NCBI GenBank assembly: GCA_001661245.1
Contig: KV454018.1
Span: 631,569 to 695,568 of the forward strand
Source of the DNA: Pachysolen tannophilus NRRL Y-2460
Taxonomy: Eukaryota
Direction of reading: 5' to 3'
DNA: 64,000 nt
Made by a program: the position numbers and the translations under genes. Shown one piece after another: positions 55,707-64,000 of this stretch. The notes beneath the pieces are model-generated. The model was given only the letters and a program-made list of their open reading frames with translations. It did no database searches and was not told the origin of the DNA. Every line of letters begins with the position of its first letter. The stretch's first letter is position 1.

Positions 55707-56663
55707 ATGCCATCATCAACACCGTCAACACTGTCAACACTGTCAACGCAGTCACCACTGTCACCACCGCATAAGACCAGGACTCATTTGATATCGGGAT
55801 TTACAGGGGGATTGACATCGGCCGTGGCGTTACAGCCATTTGACTTACTAAAGACTAGGATCCAGCAGACGAGACATGCAACTTTGAAATCGGCCCTTGG
55901 GGAATTACATTCGGTTCGTGAATTATGGAGAGGAACATTGCCTTCTGCGTTGAGAACTTCTATTGGAAGTGCTTTATATTTAACTTTTTTAAATTCAAGC
56001 AGATCTTACTTATTTAACAAGAGACATTTAGAGAATGGCCATGAATATATCCATGGTAAGGAAGCACCGAGCTCATCAAGGTTACCAAAACTATCTGCTG
56101 CTGAAAATTTACTTACAGGAATGTTTGCAAGAACTGCAATTGGGTTTGTCACTATGCCTATAACGATAATAAAAGTTAGGTATGAGTCTAGGTCATATAA
56201 CTATTCATCAATTTATGAAGCTGCTTCTTCTATCTTAAAAAATGAAGGTATTAAAGGATGTTTCAGTGGATTTTGGGCCACAGCAGCTAGAGATGCTCCT
56301 TATGCTGGTCTATATGTTTTATTTTATGAAAAATTAAAAGTAATATTTGCCAAACTGCTGTATACCCCTTATGAAGTTGGGAAAGATTATAATACATCAG
56401 AATCTGCTTTGATAAATTCATCATCGGCTATAATAGCAGCCAGTTGTTCTACTTTGATTACTGGCCCATTTGATACAATAAAGACAGTAATGCAATTAGA
56501 TCCTAAGCTAAATCATAGCCTTAAATCTACTGTGGTAAATTTGTACAAAAGTGGTGGTTTCATTCGATTTTTTGATGGAATGAGTTTAAGATTAATTAGA
56601 AAAGGTTGTAGTGCTGGGATTTCTTGGTGCATTTATGAAGAGTTGATAAAATATTTCAGTTAA
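55707..56663 (+). CDS. HEM25: Mitochondrial glycine carrier (SLC25A38 family)
   Basis: LQPFDLLKTRIQQ, LWRGTLPSALRTSIGSALY, MPITIIKVRYES, RDAPYAGLYVLFYE. Confidence 0.92.
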   Translation: MPSSTPSTLSTLSTQSPLSPPHKTRTHLISGFTGGLTSAVALQPFDLLKTRIQQTRHATLKSALGELHSVRELWRGTLPSALRTSIGSALYLTFLNSSRSYLFNKRHLENGHEYIHGKEAPSSSRLPKLSAAENLLTGMFARTAIGFVTMPITIIKVRYESRSYNYSSIYEAASSILKNEGIKGCFSGFWATAARDAPYAGLYVLFYEKLKVIFAKLLYTPYEVGKDYNTSESALINSSSAIIAASCSTLITGPFDTIKTVMQLDPKLNHSLKSTVVNLYKSGGFIRFFDGMSLRLIRKGCSAGISWCIYEELIKYFS

Positions 56664-56903
56664 ATGCATAAAAGATGCATCCTTGTATATATGTAAACTT
56701 TATATTTTATTTGATTCAAATTTCTTGTAACATAGAATAATATAAAAAATTATGTATTAAAACTCCCATGTTCTAATGGTTTATAATATAAAAATCGTTA
56801 GTCTAAAAAATAAATTATAGCTTCATTTAATCATTAAAAAGAGAGATCGAGAGAGAGACCAAAAAAAAAAAGAAAAAGAAAAGGTTGTTATAATGTATAT
56901 ATT

Positions 56904-57279
56904 TCAGAAAGGACTATAGTTTTGAGTTTGCTGCAGCCATAATTGCTGCTGTAACAAAAGCAGATATTGATCTGTCAGCAATGGATCCACCGAAGACGAT
57001 CCCCTTTTCCTATCACTGCTAGATCCCGAAAATATTGAAGAGCTGTTATTAGAACCGTCCAGACTTAGAACTGATCCACTATTATTGCCAGTACTTGTGG
57101 CAACGGTATCACCATTATAATTATTGTTGCTTTGTTGTCCCGTCAACTGTTCAAGATTTTGTCGTTGCATGTTTTCCAACATTAGCAAATTCTGCTGATA
57201 GTCAATTAAAAAATTGGAACCGTTTGGATTATGCATATGCTGCATACTTTTATTAATATCGCTATTAATGTTATTATTG

Positions 57280-57341
<62 letters not shown>

Positions 57342-58868
57342 GGTAGTAGTAGTAGTAGCATTATAAGTATTATTGATGTTGTTGTTATTGCTCATTAACA
57401 TGTTCAATAAACCAGGTTGGTTAAGCTGTTGAAGCATCTGTGGATCTAAAAAATTCATGGATACACCATCTGTTCCATTAGCAGACGGAGTCGAAGAACC
57501 CAGTCTTTTATTAGCTGTCAAATTCATCTGATTTAATAGTAATTGTGATTGCAGCTGTTGCAGCTGCTGCAGCAAGAGTTGGTCTTGGCTTGGGAATTGA
57601 GTGTTAAGCTGATGGGAAATTTGTGGGGTATTTGGATGGCTTTGATTCACGAGTTGAGGGGTTAATGACGACGGTGTAAAACCAATATGAGGTGAATTCA
57701 GTTGTTGTCGCTGTTGCTGTTGTTGCTGCTGCCTTTGAGTTTGTGCATAAGGTTGTTGTTGTTGCTGAATTGGAAACTGAGTTACTAGTTGCGGTGATGT
57801 GTGTTGATACTGTAGCTGTTGTTGCTTTTGTTGTTGCTGCTGCTGTTGCTGTTGCTGAAGTGAAAGTCGTTGATAGAGAGCCGCCGCAGTAGCTGCTTGT
57901 TTTTGCTGCGATTCAAACTGCTGCATTCTCAATTGTTGTAATTGTTGCACAGAAAGATTTTGCTGCTGTTGAGTATTGGTGTTTTCACTTTTTGCCGATG
58001 AAGGTCTTCTTTTACCAGCCATTGTATTAATATTTGATTTATTAGCAGTTGTCGTTGCAGCAGCTCTCTGTTGCAATTGAGGTCCCCGAGCATTGGGGAG
58101 TGTGTTATTTTGCTGCAGAAGCATCAGCAGCAGCAGAAGATTATTTTTAGCAAAAGCCAGTGCAGGTGGCGGTGGCATCGAACTAAACTGTTGATTTTGC
58201 AGTTGTTGATTTTGCAATTGCGGATTTTGCAATTGCGGATTTTGCAATTGCTGATTACGCAGTTGCTGATTTTGCAATTGTTGATTATGCAGTTGCTGGT
58301 TTTTCTTGTTATTCTGTTTCACCGATGAATGTAGTTCCCATAATAATTCCCACCATTCAAATAAAAAAGATCCTTCAGAGTTCATCAACATATTTATATC
58401 TATACTTTCCTTAATATTAAACTCACCACTTAAATCGTTTAATTTCCGTAATAAATTTGAAATTTCATCAGGATCATTCAAATCACCTATCCCTGAACCA
58501 CCCAGTCCATTGTGATCTCCTTTATTCTCATTATTGATCTTGGAAATACCAAGTGGAAGATAATTCAACCCTTTCTCAAGATTCTCAATAACTAATTTTT
58601 GTGCAGTTTGATAATTACCATTTTGAATAAGATAATTAAACAAATGGGCAAACAAAAGCTGCTTGGAATTCTTGGCCAATGAATCAGAAACCGTTACTTT
58701 CCTTAAACCATCCTCCTTATTATCTTGTTGTTCCACTTGCTCTTCCATTTGTTGTATTTGTTCTGGTTGCCGAGACTCTTGAGGCTGCTCTTCATCCGCT
58801 GCCTCTCCACACGCTGCTTCATTGTCTTCATTATCCGTAACGTCAGAATTGATGTCACTATGATCCAT
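56904..58868 (-). CDS. LisH/LUFS-domain Q-rich transcription factor (Flo8/Mss11 family)
   Basis: ATG 58868; SKQLLFAHLFNYL...TAQKL, SFLFEWWELLWEL, C-terminal DYQQNLLMLEN. Confidence 0.75.
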
Positions 58869-59095
58869 TACCACCCTATTGAGATATAAGATATCCCCTT
58901 AACCTCTATCTCTATCTCTATCTCTATCTCATTCAAGAGCTACTAATTATTAATAAAATATATTTGAAGATTAAAAAATTTTACATAGTAAAAAAAATAA
59001 AAAACACAAATTAAAAAAATAAAATAAAACAAACCGTGTTAAAGCAATCAATTAATTATTAAAATTGAATAAAAATTGAAATGAATAGGTTTGAT

Positions 59096-59701
59096 CTATA
59101 TAATCTTGACTCCAACGATTTGATTTTGTTCATCTTTCATGATTGTGGCTCTCTTTTTTTCCACCAATTTGTTTAAAACTTTGATCAATACACCATGATC
59201 CATATTATGAAATTCTTGATTACTTGATAATGGAGAGTTTCGTAATTCGAATAATGTGAGAACAGTTCCTTGTTGTCCAGTATTTTCTATCCATTGTAAA
59301 ATCAAGCTTGACCATTCTTCGACAGTATACCAAAAGATGTAGAACTGTTGTTGATTTGTTGTATTATCAATAAATTCTAGATGTTGTTGTCTTTGTAATT
59401 CTGATATAATATCTTTTATAAAATCAGGTTTTAATCTTCTATTAATTGATTTATTTTCAAAAATTGAATTTTCCTTAATTTTTGTTGGTAAAGATAGTCC
59501 AATTGTTTCATCTGATTCATCATTAATCGATATCACTTTCCCTTCAATGTTTAATTGCCATATTTTATAAAATTTACAATATTCCAAGATCAATTTGCAC
59601 CATATACTTAATTGAGAGTTATACGTACTTAAATTTGGTTGTTTAGTAAAGAAAGGTGGGAACTCATATATTGATGGAAACTTGAACTCTTTCTCATTCA
59701 T
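59096..59701 (-). CDS. VPS25: ESCRT-II subunit Vps25
   Basis: FPSIYEFPPFFTKQPN, FENKSINRRL, EEWSSLILQWIENTGQ..TVLTLFEL. Confidence 0.93.
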   Translation of the reverse strand: MNEKEFKFPSIYEFPPFFTKQPNLSTYNSQLSIWCKLILEYCKFYKIWQLNIEGKVISINDESDETIGLSLPTKIKENSIFENKSINRRLKPDFIKDIISELQRQQHLEFIDNTTNQQQFYIFWYTVEEWSSLILQWIENTGQQGTVLTLFELRNSPLSSNQEFHNMDHGVLIKVLNKLVEKKRATIMKDEQNQIVGVKII

Positions 59702-59870
59702 GATTTTATAGATTTACTGATAATATATTTGAAATCTTCAATTGATAATATATTTTATATATATAATTATATAATTATATAACTATAGATAATAAATATC
59801 AAAAATTACCTTGATAAATTGTACAGGTTTTATATATATTATTATATTTATATATATATATAAATACAAA

Positions 59871-60815
59871 ATGATTGAATACGAGAAAGATACGGTGGTG
59901 ATGGAACGAAAAGAAGAAGAAGAATCGTTGGAACTGAGATATGCTAGTCTTCATCAAGATTTGATAGCGTTAGTGGATAAAATCACTATATTAAAGACTG
60001 AACAAGAGATACTGTCAAATTGGGATAAAAATCGTCTTAATGATGAGTTTAATGAATTGATAAATCAAAAATTAGATCCAATAATCTTCCTTCATTTGAA
60101 TAAGAAGAATAGAAATGATTCTGGTTCTGATAAAGAAGATATAGTTAAGTTGAACGCGTTTTTGAAAAATTTAATTGAGATTAAGAATTTAATCTTTGAG
60201 CAATCTTTAATTACATTACCTATTTTAAATTCAATAAATAATAATAAAAATAACAATGATAATAATAATAACAGCATTTTAAAAGAGAAAGCATTATTAG
60301 AGAAAGTAAATGTTCGAGATGAGTTATCATTGGAATATATGAAAGAAAATGTTGAAATTCAGGAAAATGTGAAATTGTTATATGAATCCAAATTAAAATT
60401 ATCAAAGACAATTATAAATTACAAGCAAAAATTGAATAAATTAAATGAAATACTTGTTAAAAATCAAGAAATGGATCAGCATCAACTGCTTCAAGATGAT
60501 AAGATGATGAAAAAAAATTTGAAAAAAACTTTAAAAATTTACCGAAAGTACAAGTTAAGATCAACAATATTATCTGAGCTAATTATATCAATAATATCAT
60601 CAACGGGTTTAAATTGGAGTCAAGATGAATACTTGAAAGAAGTTGTACTATATTGTGGAGACTATGGTGAAGATGAAGATGAAGATGAAGATGAAATGGA
60701 ACTTTATTATGACCAATCAAAACTAGATGAGATAAGCGATGATAGTGATATCGAGTCAGGAGATATATCTGGAGATATATCTGGAGAAGCACCGAGTGAT
60801 GACAAGGAAATTTAG
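59871..60815 (+). CDS. Kinetochore CENP-H/Mcm16/Fta3-like protein
   Basis: ATG 59871; coiled coil plus IISSTGLNWSQDEYLKEVVL resembling the CENP-H C-terminal motif. Confidence 0.6.
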   Translation: MIEYEKDTVVMERKEEEESLELRYASLHQDLIALVDKITILKTEQEILSNWDKNRLNDEFNELINQKLDPIIFLHLNKKNRNDSGSDKEDIVKLNAFLKNLIEIKNLIFEQSLITLPILNSINNNKNNNDNNNNSILKEKALLEKVNVRDELSLEYMKENVEIQENVKLLYESKLKLSKTIINYKQKLNKLNEILVKNQEMDQHQLLQDDKMMKKNLKKTLKIYRKYKLRSTILSELIISIISSTGLNWSQDEYLKEVVLYCGDYGEDEDEDEDEMELYYDQSKLDEISDDSDIESGDISGDISGEAPSDDKEI

Positions 60816-60896
60816 TTTTATTTTTATTTATAAAAAAATTATATACAGTGAATTGTTTTCTTTTTCTTTTTCTTTTTTTAACAAAAGAAAACCTCT

Positions 60897-61682
60897 TTAA
60901 ACTCTACTTGGATTGAATAATCTAGAATTGATTATATCCCAATTAATGCATTCCCATAACTTTTCTAAATAATCGGCTTTACCATTAATACCATAATCTT
61001 CTAAATAAGCATAATCCCAAACGTTTATAGCCAAGATTGGAATATTATAATCTTTATCTTTGTTTGCCAATTTTTCTTTGATTAAAGTTAAAGTCTCATA
61101 ATCACCAGTATCTATGGGCCCATTCAAATCTAAAGATTGATTTCTAGCATAGAAATAAGGTGTACCTTCATTATTACAAGTTAAAATTTTTAAAGATTTA
61201 TCAAAATCTTCAACCAAGAAAACCCATCCTTGACCTTGTAATTGTTCAGCTTCAAATAAAATTTCATTTTTAAAATCTTCAAAACTACCAAAAATTTTTT
61301 CTATTCTTTCATTTAATAACCTTGAAGGTAATGATTTATTTAAAGATTTATCAATCAATTGTTCAAAAAATAAATGATTATTATGTGCTTGTGATGCATA
61401 ATGATATACACAAGACTGGTACGGCTTCTTAGCAGAACTAACCATTATATTGAAAGGTGACCTAGTCTCATTCTCAGTTCCAACAGTAAGCATCGTCAAC
61501 TTCATAGTTAAATATTTTTGATAATCTTCCCAAGATGTTTTAAAACCAGCAGGAGAATATAAACCATCAACACCTTCTTTGGTCCATTTTGAAAATTGTG
61601 GTAAAACAGGAACCGTATGTATGGATCTCACCAAAGTTCTACTTTTAGCAATAGGTACTACCACCCTACAAAGTTTAAACAT
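60897..61682 (-). CDS. RSM26: Mitochondrial small-subunit ribosomal protein with Fe/Mn-SOD-like fold
   Basis: IHTVPVLP...GFKTSWEDYQKYL...ASQAHNNHLF, GQGWVFLVE, NVWDYAYLEDYG. Confidence 0.85.
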   Translation of the reverse strand: MFKLCRVVVPIAKSRTLVRSIHTVPVLPQFSKWTKEGVDGLYSPAGFKTSWEDYQKYLTMKLTMLTVGTENETRSPFNIMVSSAKKPYQSCVYHYASQAHNNHLFFEQLIDKSLNKSLPSRLLNERIEKIFGSFEDFKNEILFEAEQLQGQGWVFLVEDFDKSLKILTCNNEGTPYFYARNQSLDLNGPIDTGDYETLTLIKEKLANKDKDYNIPILAINVWDYAYLEDYGINGKADYLEKLWECINWDIINSRLFNPSRV

Positions 61683-61935
61683 ATTCTCTTTTGCTAACCA
61701 CTTTAAAAATTCTAATCTATCCTAATCTTTAATACCTTTTCTTCTTCTTCGTTGATTTTGAAAAATTTTTGACTACAATTTTCAATTGACGGAAAATTGG
61801 TGAAAACAAAAAATTGGGTCATCGCACGACCCAATTATTATAATTTATAACTAAAAAATGGGTCAGCAAATGGCCCATTTTATAGTTGAATAACCACCGA
61901 CAACGTTGAGTTTCAAGTAAAAGATTTTGGTAGGG

Positions 61936-63030
61936 ATGATGAACTTGGGTTTTGTAGCAGGTACTAGACCGATAGCGTTTGTATCTGTGCGGAATGATTC
62001 AAAAATTTATTTGAAATGTTTTTCAAAAATTTTCACGAGAAAGTATTCTCCGTTGCCACGGTATGATCCTACTGTACCACAACCTTCAAATAGAAGACAA
62101 CGAACAAGAAATAGAGTTTTACGAGATGATAATTTATCTGGGAGTATTGATAGCTATACGCACTCGCCACGTTATGATTACCCCTCTGAGTTTTATCCGC
62201 CGAATCCACGGGGTACGATTTCTCATTCGGATCCAATTGCTGAACTTTTATCACAACCTACATTAGTTATTGAAAGACAATTGGAATTGATGAATGTTTT
62301 CTTGGGGTTTGAACAGGCAAACAAATACCTGATTATGGATACAAGCGGTGCACAGTTGGGGTATCTGATGGAGAGAGATATTTCGTTTGTGAAGATGTTT
62401 ATGAGACAAGTTTATCGATTACATAGACCTTTCACTGTTGATGTCTTTGATATAAAGGGAAACTTGTTATTAACTATAAGAAGGCCTTTTAGTTTTATAA
62501 ATTCACACATCAAGTCGATTTTACCTGGAATTAGAAATGAGGAAACCGGTAATGAATTGATTGTTGGAGAATCGATTCAAAGTTGGCATTTATGGAGAAG
62601 AAGGTATAATTTATTCAAGACAGAATTGAGTGCTAGCTCCATTGACTCCACAAATGAGGTAACTGGTAATATCTCTAATACCAGTGATCCAGCAGTGAAA
62701 GAGGATATCGCATTTGAACAATTTGGGTATATAGACGCACCTTTCTTATCGTTTGAATTCCCAGTGAAAAATGAAAATGGAGAGATTATAGGTTCCGTTG
62801 ATAGAAATTGGGTAGGAATAGGAAGAGAATTATTTACAGACACAGGTGTCTACATCATGAGAATGGACCCTTCAAGTTTTCAAGGCATGGAAGGAGTATA
62901 CTCAAACATTGCAGGGCCAATGACTTTGGATCAAAGAGCTATAATGTTGGGTACAGCTATAAGTATCGATTTTGACTACTTCTCAAGGCACAGTAGCGGC
63001 AATGGTGGACTCATAGACTACGCAGACTAA
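61936..63030 (+). CDS. AIM25: Mitochondrial scramblase-family protein
   Basis: PTLVIERQLELMNVFLGFEQANKY, RLHRPF, WHLWRRRYNLF, RNWVGIGRELFTDTGVY, DFDYFSRHS. Confidence 0.92.
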   Translation: MMNLGFVAGTRPIAFVSVRNDSKIYLKCFSKIFTRKYSPLPRYDPTVPQPSNRRQRTRNRVLRDDNLSGSIDSYTHSPRYDYPSEFYPPNPRGTISHSDPIAELLSQPTLVIERQLELMNVFLGFEQANKYLIMDTSGAQLGYLMERDISFVKMFMRQVYRLHRPFTVDVFDIKGNLLLTIRRPFSFINSHIKSILPGIRNEETGNELIVGESIQSWHLWRRRYNLFKTELSASSIDSTNEVTGNISNTSDPAVKEDIAFEQFGYIDAPFLSFEFPVKNENGEIIGSVDRNWVGIGRELFTDTGVYIMRMDPSSFQGMEGVYSNIAGPMTLDQRAIMLGTAISIDFDYFSRHSSGNGGLIDYAD

Positions 63031-63110
63031 ACCCTAAATACACCTTATATATATTCAAATAAAATTAACCTATTTATTTCCTTTTTTTTGCATGATTCTC
63101 ATTATAGTTT

Positions 63111-63210
63111 GTAAACATAGTAAACATAGTAAACATAGTAAAAGATCCACCTCACACCATTCCACACCATTCCACACCACTTGCACCATCTACACCTCTC
63201 ACACCACCAC
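63111..63210 (+). repeat. (GTAAACATA)x3 followed by degenerate CACACCAYTY repeats
   Basis: 63111-63137 three 9-mers; 63147-63210 C/A-rich ~10-bp units. Confidence 0.75.
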
Positions 63211-63280
63211 AATAAGTCGTGTAATTTTATACTAATCGGTTTTCCTGTGTTTTTTTTTTTTTTTGGTGATAGCTTTCAAA

Positions 63281-63289
63281 ATCGCCACT
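63281..63289 (-). promoter_or_regulatory. PACE-like (Rpn4) element upstream of proteasome gene
   Basis: (-) AGTGGCGAT ~100 bp before the PRE7 ATG. Confidence 0.5.
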
Positions 63290-63385
63290 AAATTGAATAA
63301 TAAGAAGGTTCTGAATAGACAAAAGCCTTGGTAACAAGAGTACAATTGGATACGTTAGAGAGTTGGAATTAATTGAGTACGGATC

Positions 63386-64000
63386 ATGAGTGCTTCATCT
63401 TTTGCTGAGGGTAAACTGACGATTGCTTCTGAGTATTCGTCTGAGGTTCGTCGTGAACCTATTGAACATCAATTTAATCCTTATTCAGATAATGGAGGAA
63501 CTATATTAGGTATTGCAGGAAAAGATTTTGCTGTATTAGCTGGGGACACAAGACATACAACTGGGTATTCTATAAACTCTAGATATGAGCCAAAGGTGTT
63601 TGATGCTGGAGATGGGTTTCTTATAAGTGCCAATGGGTTTTCAGCTGATGGTAATGCTTTAGTAAAAAGATTTCAAAATCAATTAAAATGGTATCATTTT
63701 AATCATGGTAAAAAAATGGGTATAAGATCTGGAGCAAGATTTATTCAGCATTTGCTTTATGGTAAGAGGTTTTTCCCTTATTATGTTCATACAATTATTG
63801 CTGGTTTAGATGAAGAAGGTAAAGGTGCAGTATTTTCGTTTGATCCTATTGGTTCATATGAAAGAGAACAGTGTAGGGCAGGTGGTTCTGCAGCATCATT
63901 GATCATGCCTTTCTTGGATAACCAAGTAAATTTCAAAAATCAATTGGACCCGGAGTCCAATGGTACGAAAAAGAAAGAATTGAGATATCTTTCTTTAGAA
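63386..64000 (+). CDS. PRE7: 20S proteasome beta-6 subunit (runs off window end; absent from ORF track)
   Basis: ATG 63386; TIASEYSSE...PIEHQFNPYSDNGGTILGIAG...LAGDTR...LYGKRFFPYY...CRAGGSAASLIMPFLDNQV. Confidence 0.95.
   Translation, partial: MSASSFAEGKLTIASEYSSEVRREPIEHQFNPYSDNGGTILGIAGKDFAVLAGDTRHTTGYSINSRYEPKVFDAGDGFLISANGFSADGNALVKRFQNQLKWYHFNHGKKMGIRSGARFIQHLLYGKRFFPYYVHTIIAGLDEEGKGAVFSFDPIGSYEREQCRAGGSAASLIMPFLDNQVNFKNQLDPESNGTKKKELRYLSLE

Noticed and set aside
55250..55774. 174-aa Phe-rich ORF
   Set aside because: Product of poly-T promoter tracts, non-ATG start, overlaps HEM25
57264..57360. Long (ATT)n, (CAA/CAG)n and (TA)n tracts throughout
   Set aside because: Ordinary microsatellites encoding poly-N/Q or lying in UTRs; no CRISPR-like or transposon structure seen anywhere in the window
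60897..61682. Possible Mn/Fe superoxide dismutase
   Set aside because: Metal-binding DxWEH motif is replaced (NVWDY); matches mitoribosomal Rsm26

Overview
AT-rich, gene-dense budding-yeast (Saccharomycotina) chromosome segment with about 35 housekeeping genes and two assembly gaps. Genes include TSR3, VRL1, DPM1, SGT2, an AP mu subunit, PCBD, NFU1, OPI1, VPS24, CPA1, PBY1, RXT2, POL30, MAK3, SEC9, ATG11, PBI2, AMS1, THI4, SF3B6/p14, ORC3, NUT1, CDC43, PEX14, LYS5, HEM25, a FLO8/MSS11-like gene, VPS25, CENP-H, RSM26, AIM25 and PRE7. The ORF track misses or truncates several spliced genes. Four highlights: (1) THI4 carries an intronic TPP riboswitch; the intron splits the start codon (AT|G), and a 14-nt anti-aptamer segment overlaps an alternative 5' splice site. 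(2) CTG codons repeatedly fall at conserved Ala positions, indicating the CUG-Ala genetic code (Pachysolen-type; species is an inference). (3) A PBY1 intron at the SurE/TTL domain boundary has a donor containing an in-frame stop. (4) A tRNA-like A-box/B-box relic is interrupted by poly-T. All homology calls are from memory of protein families; no database searches were run.
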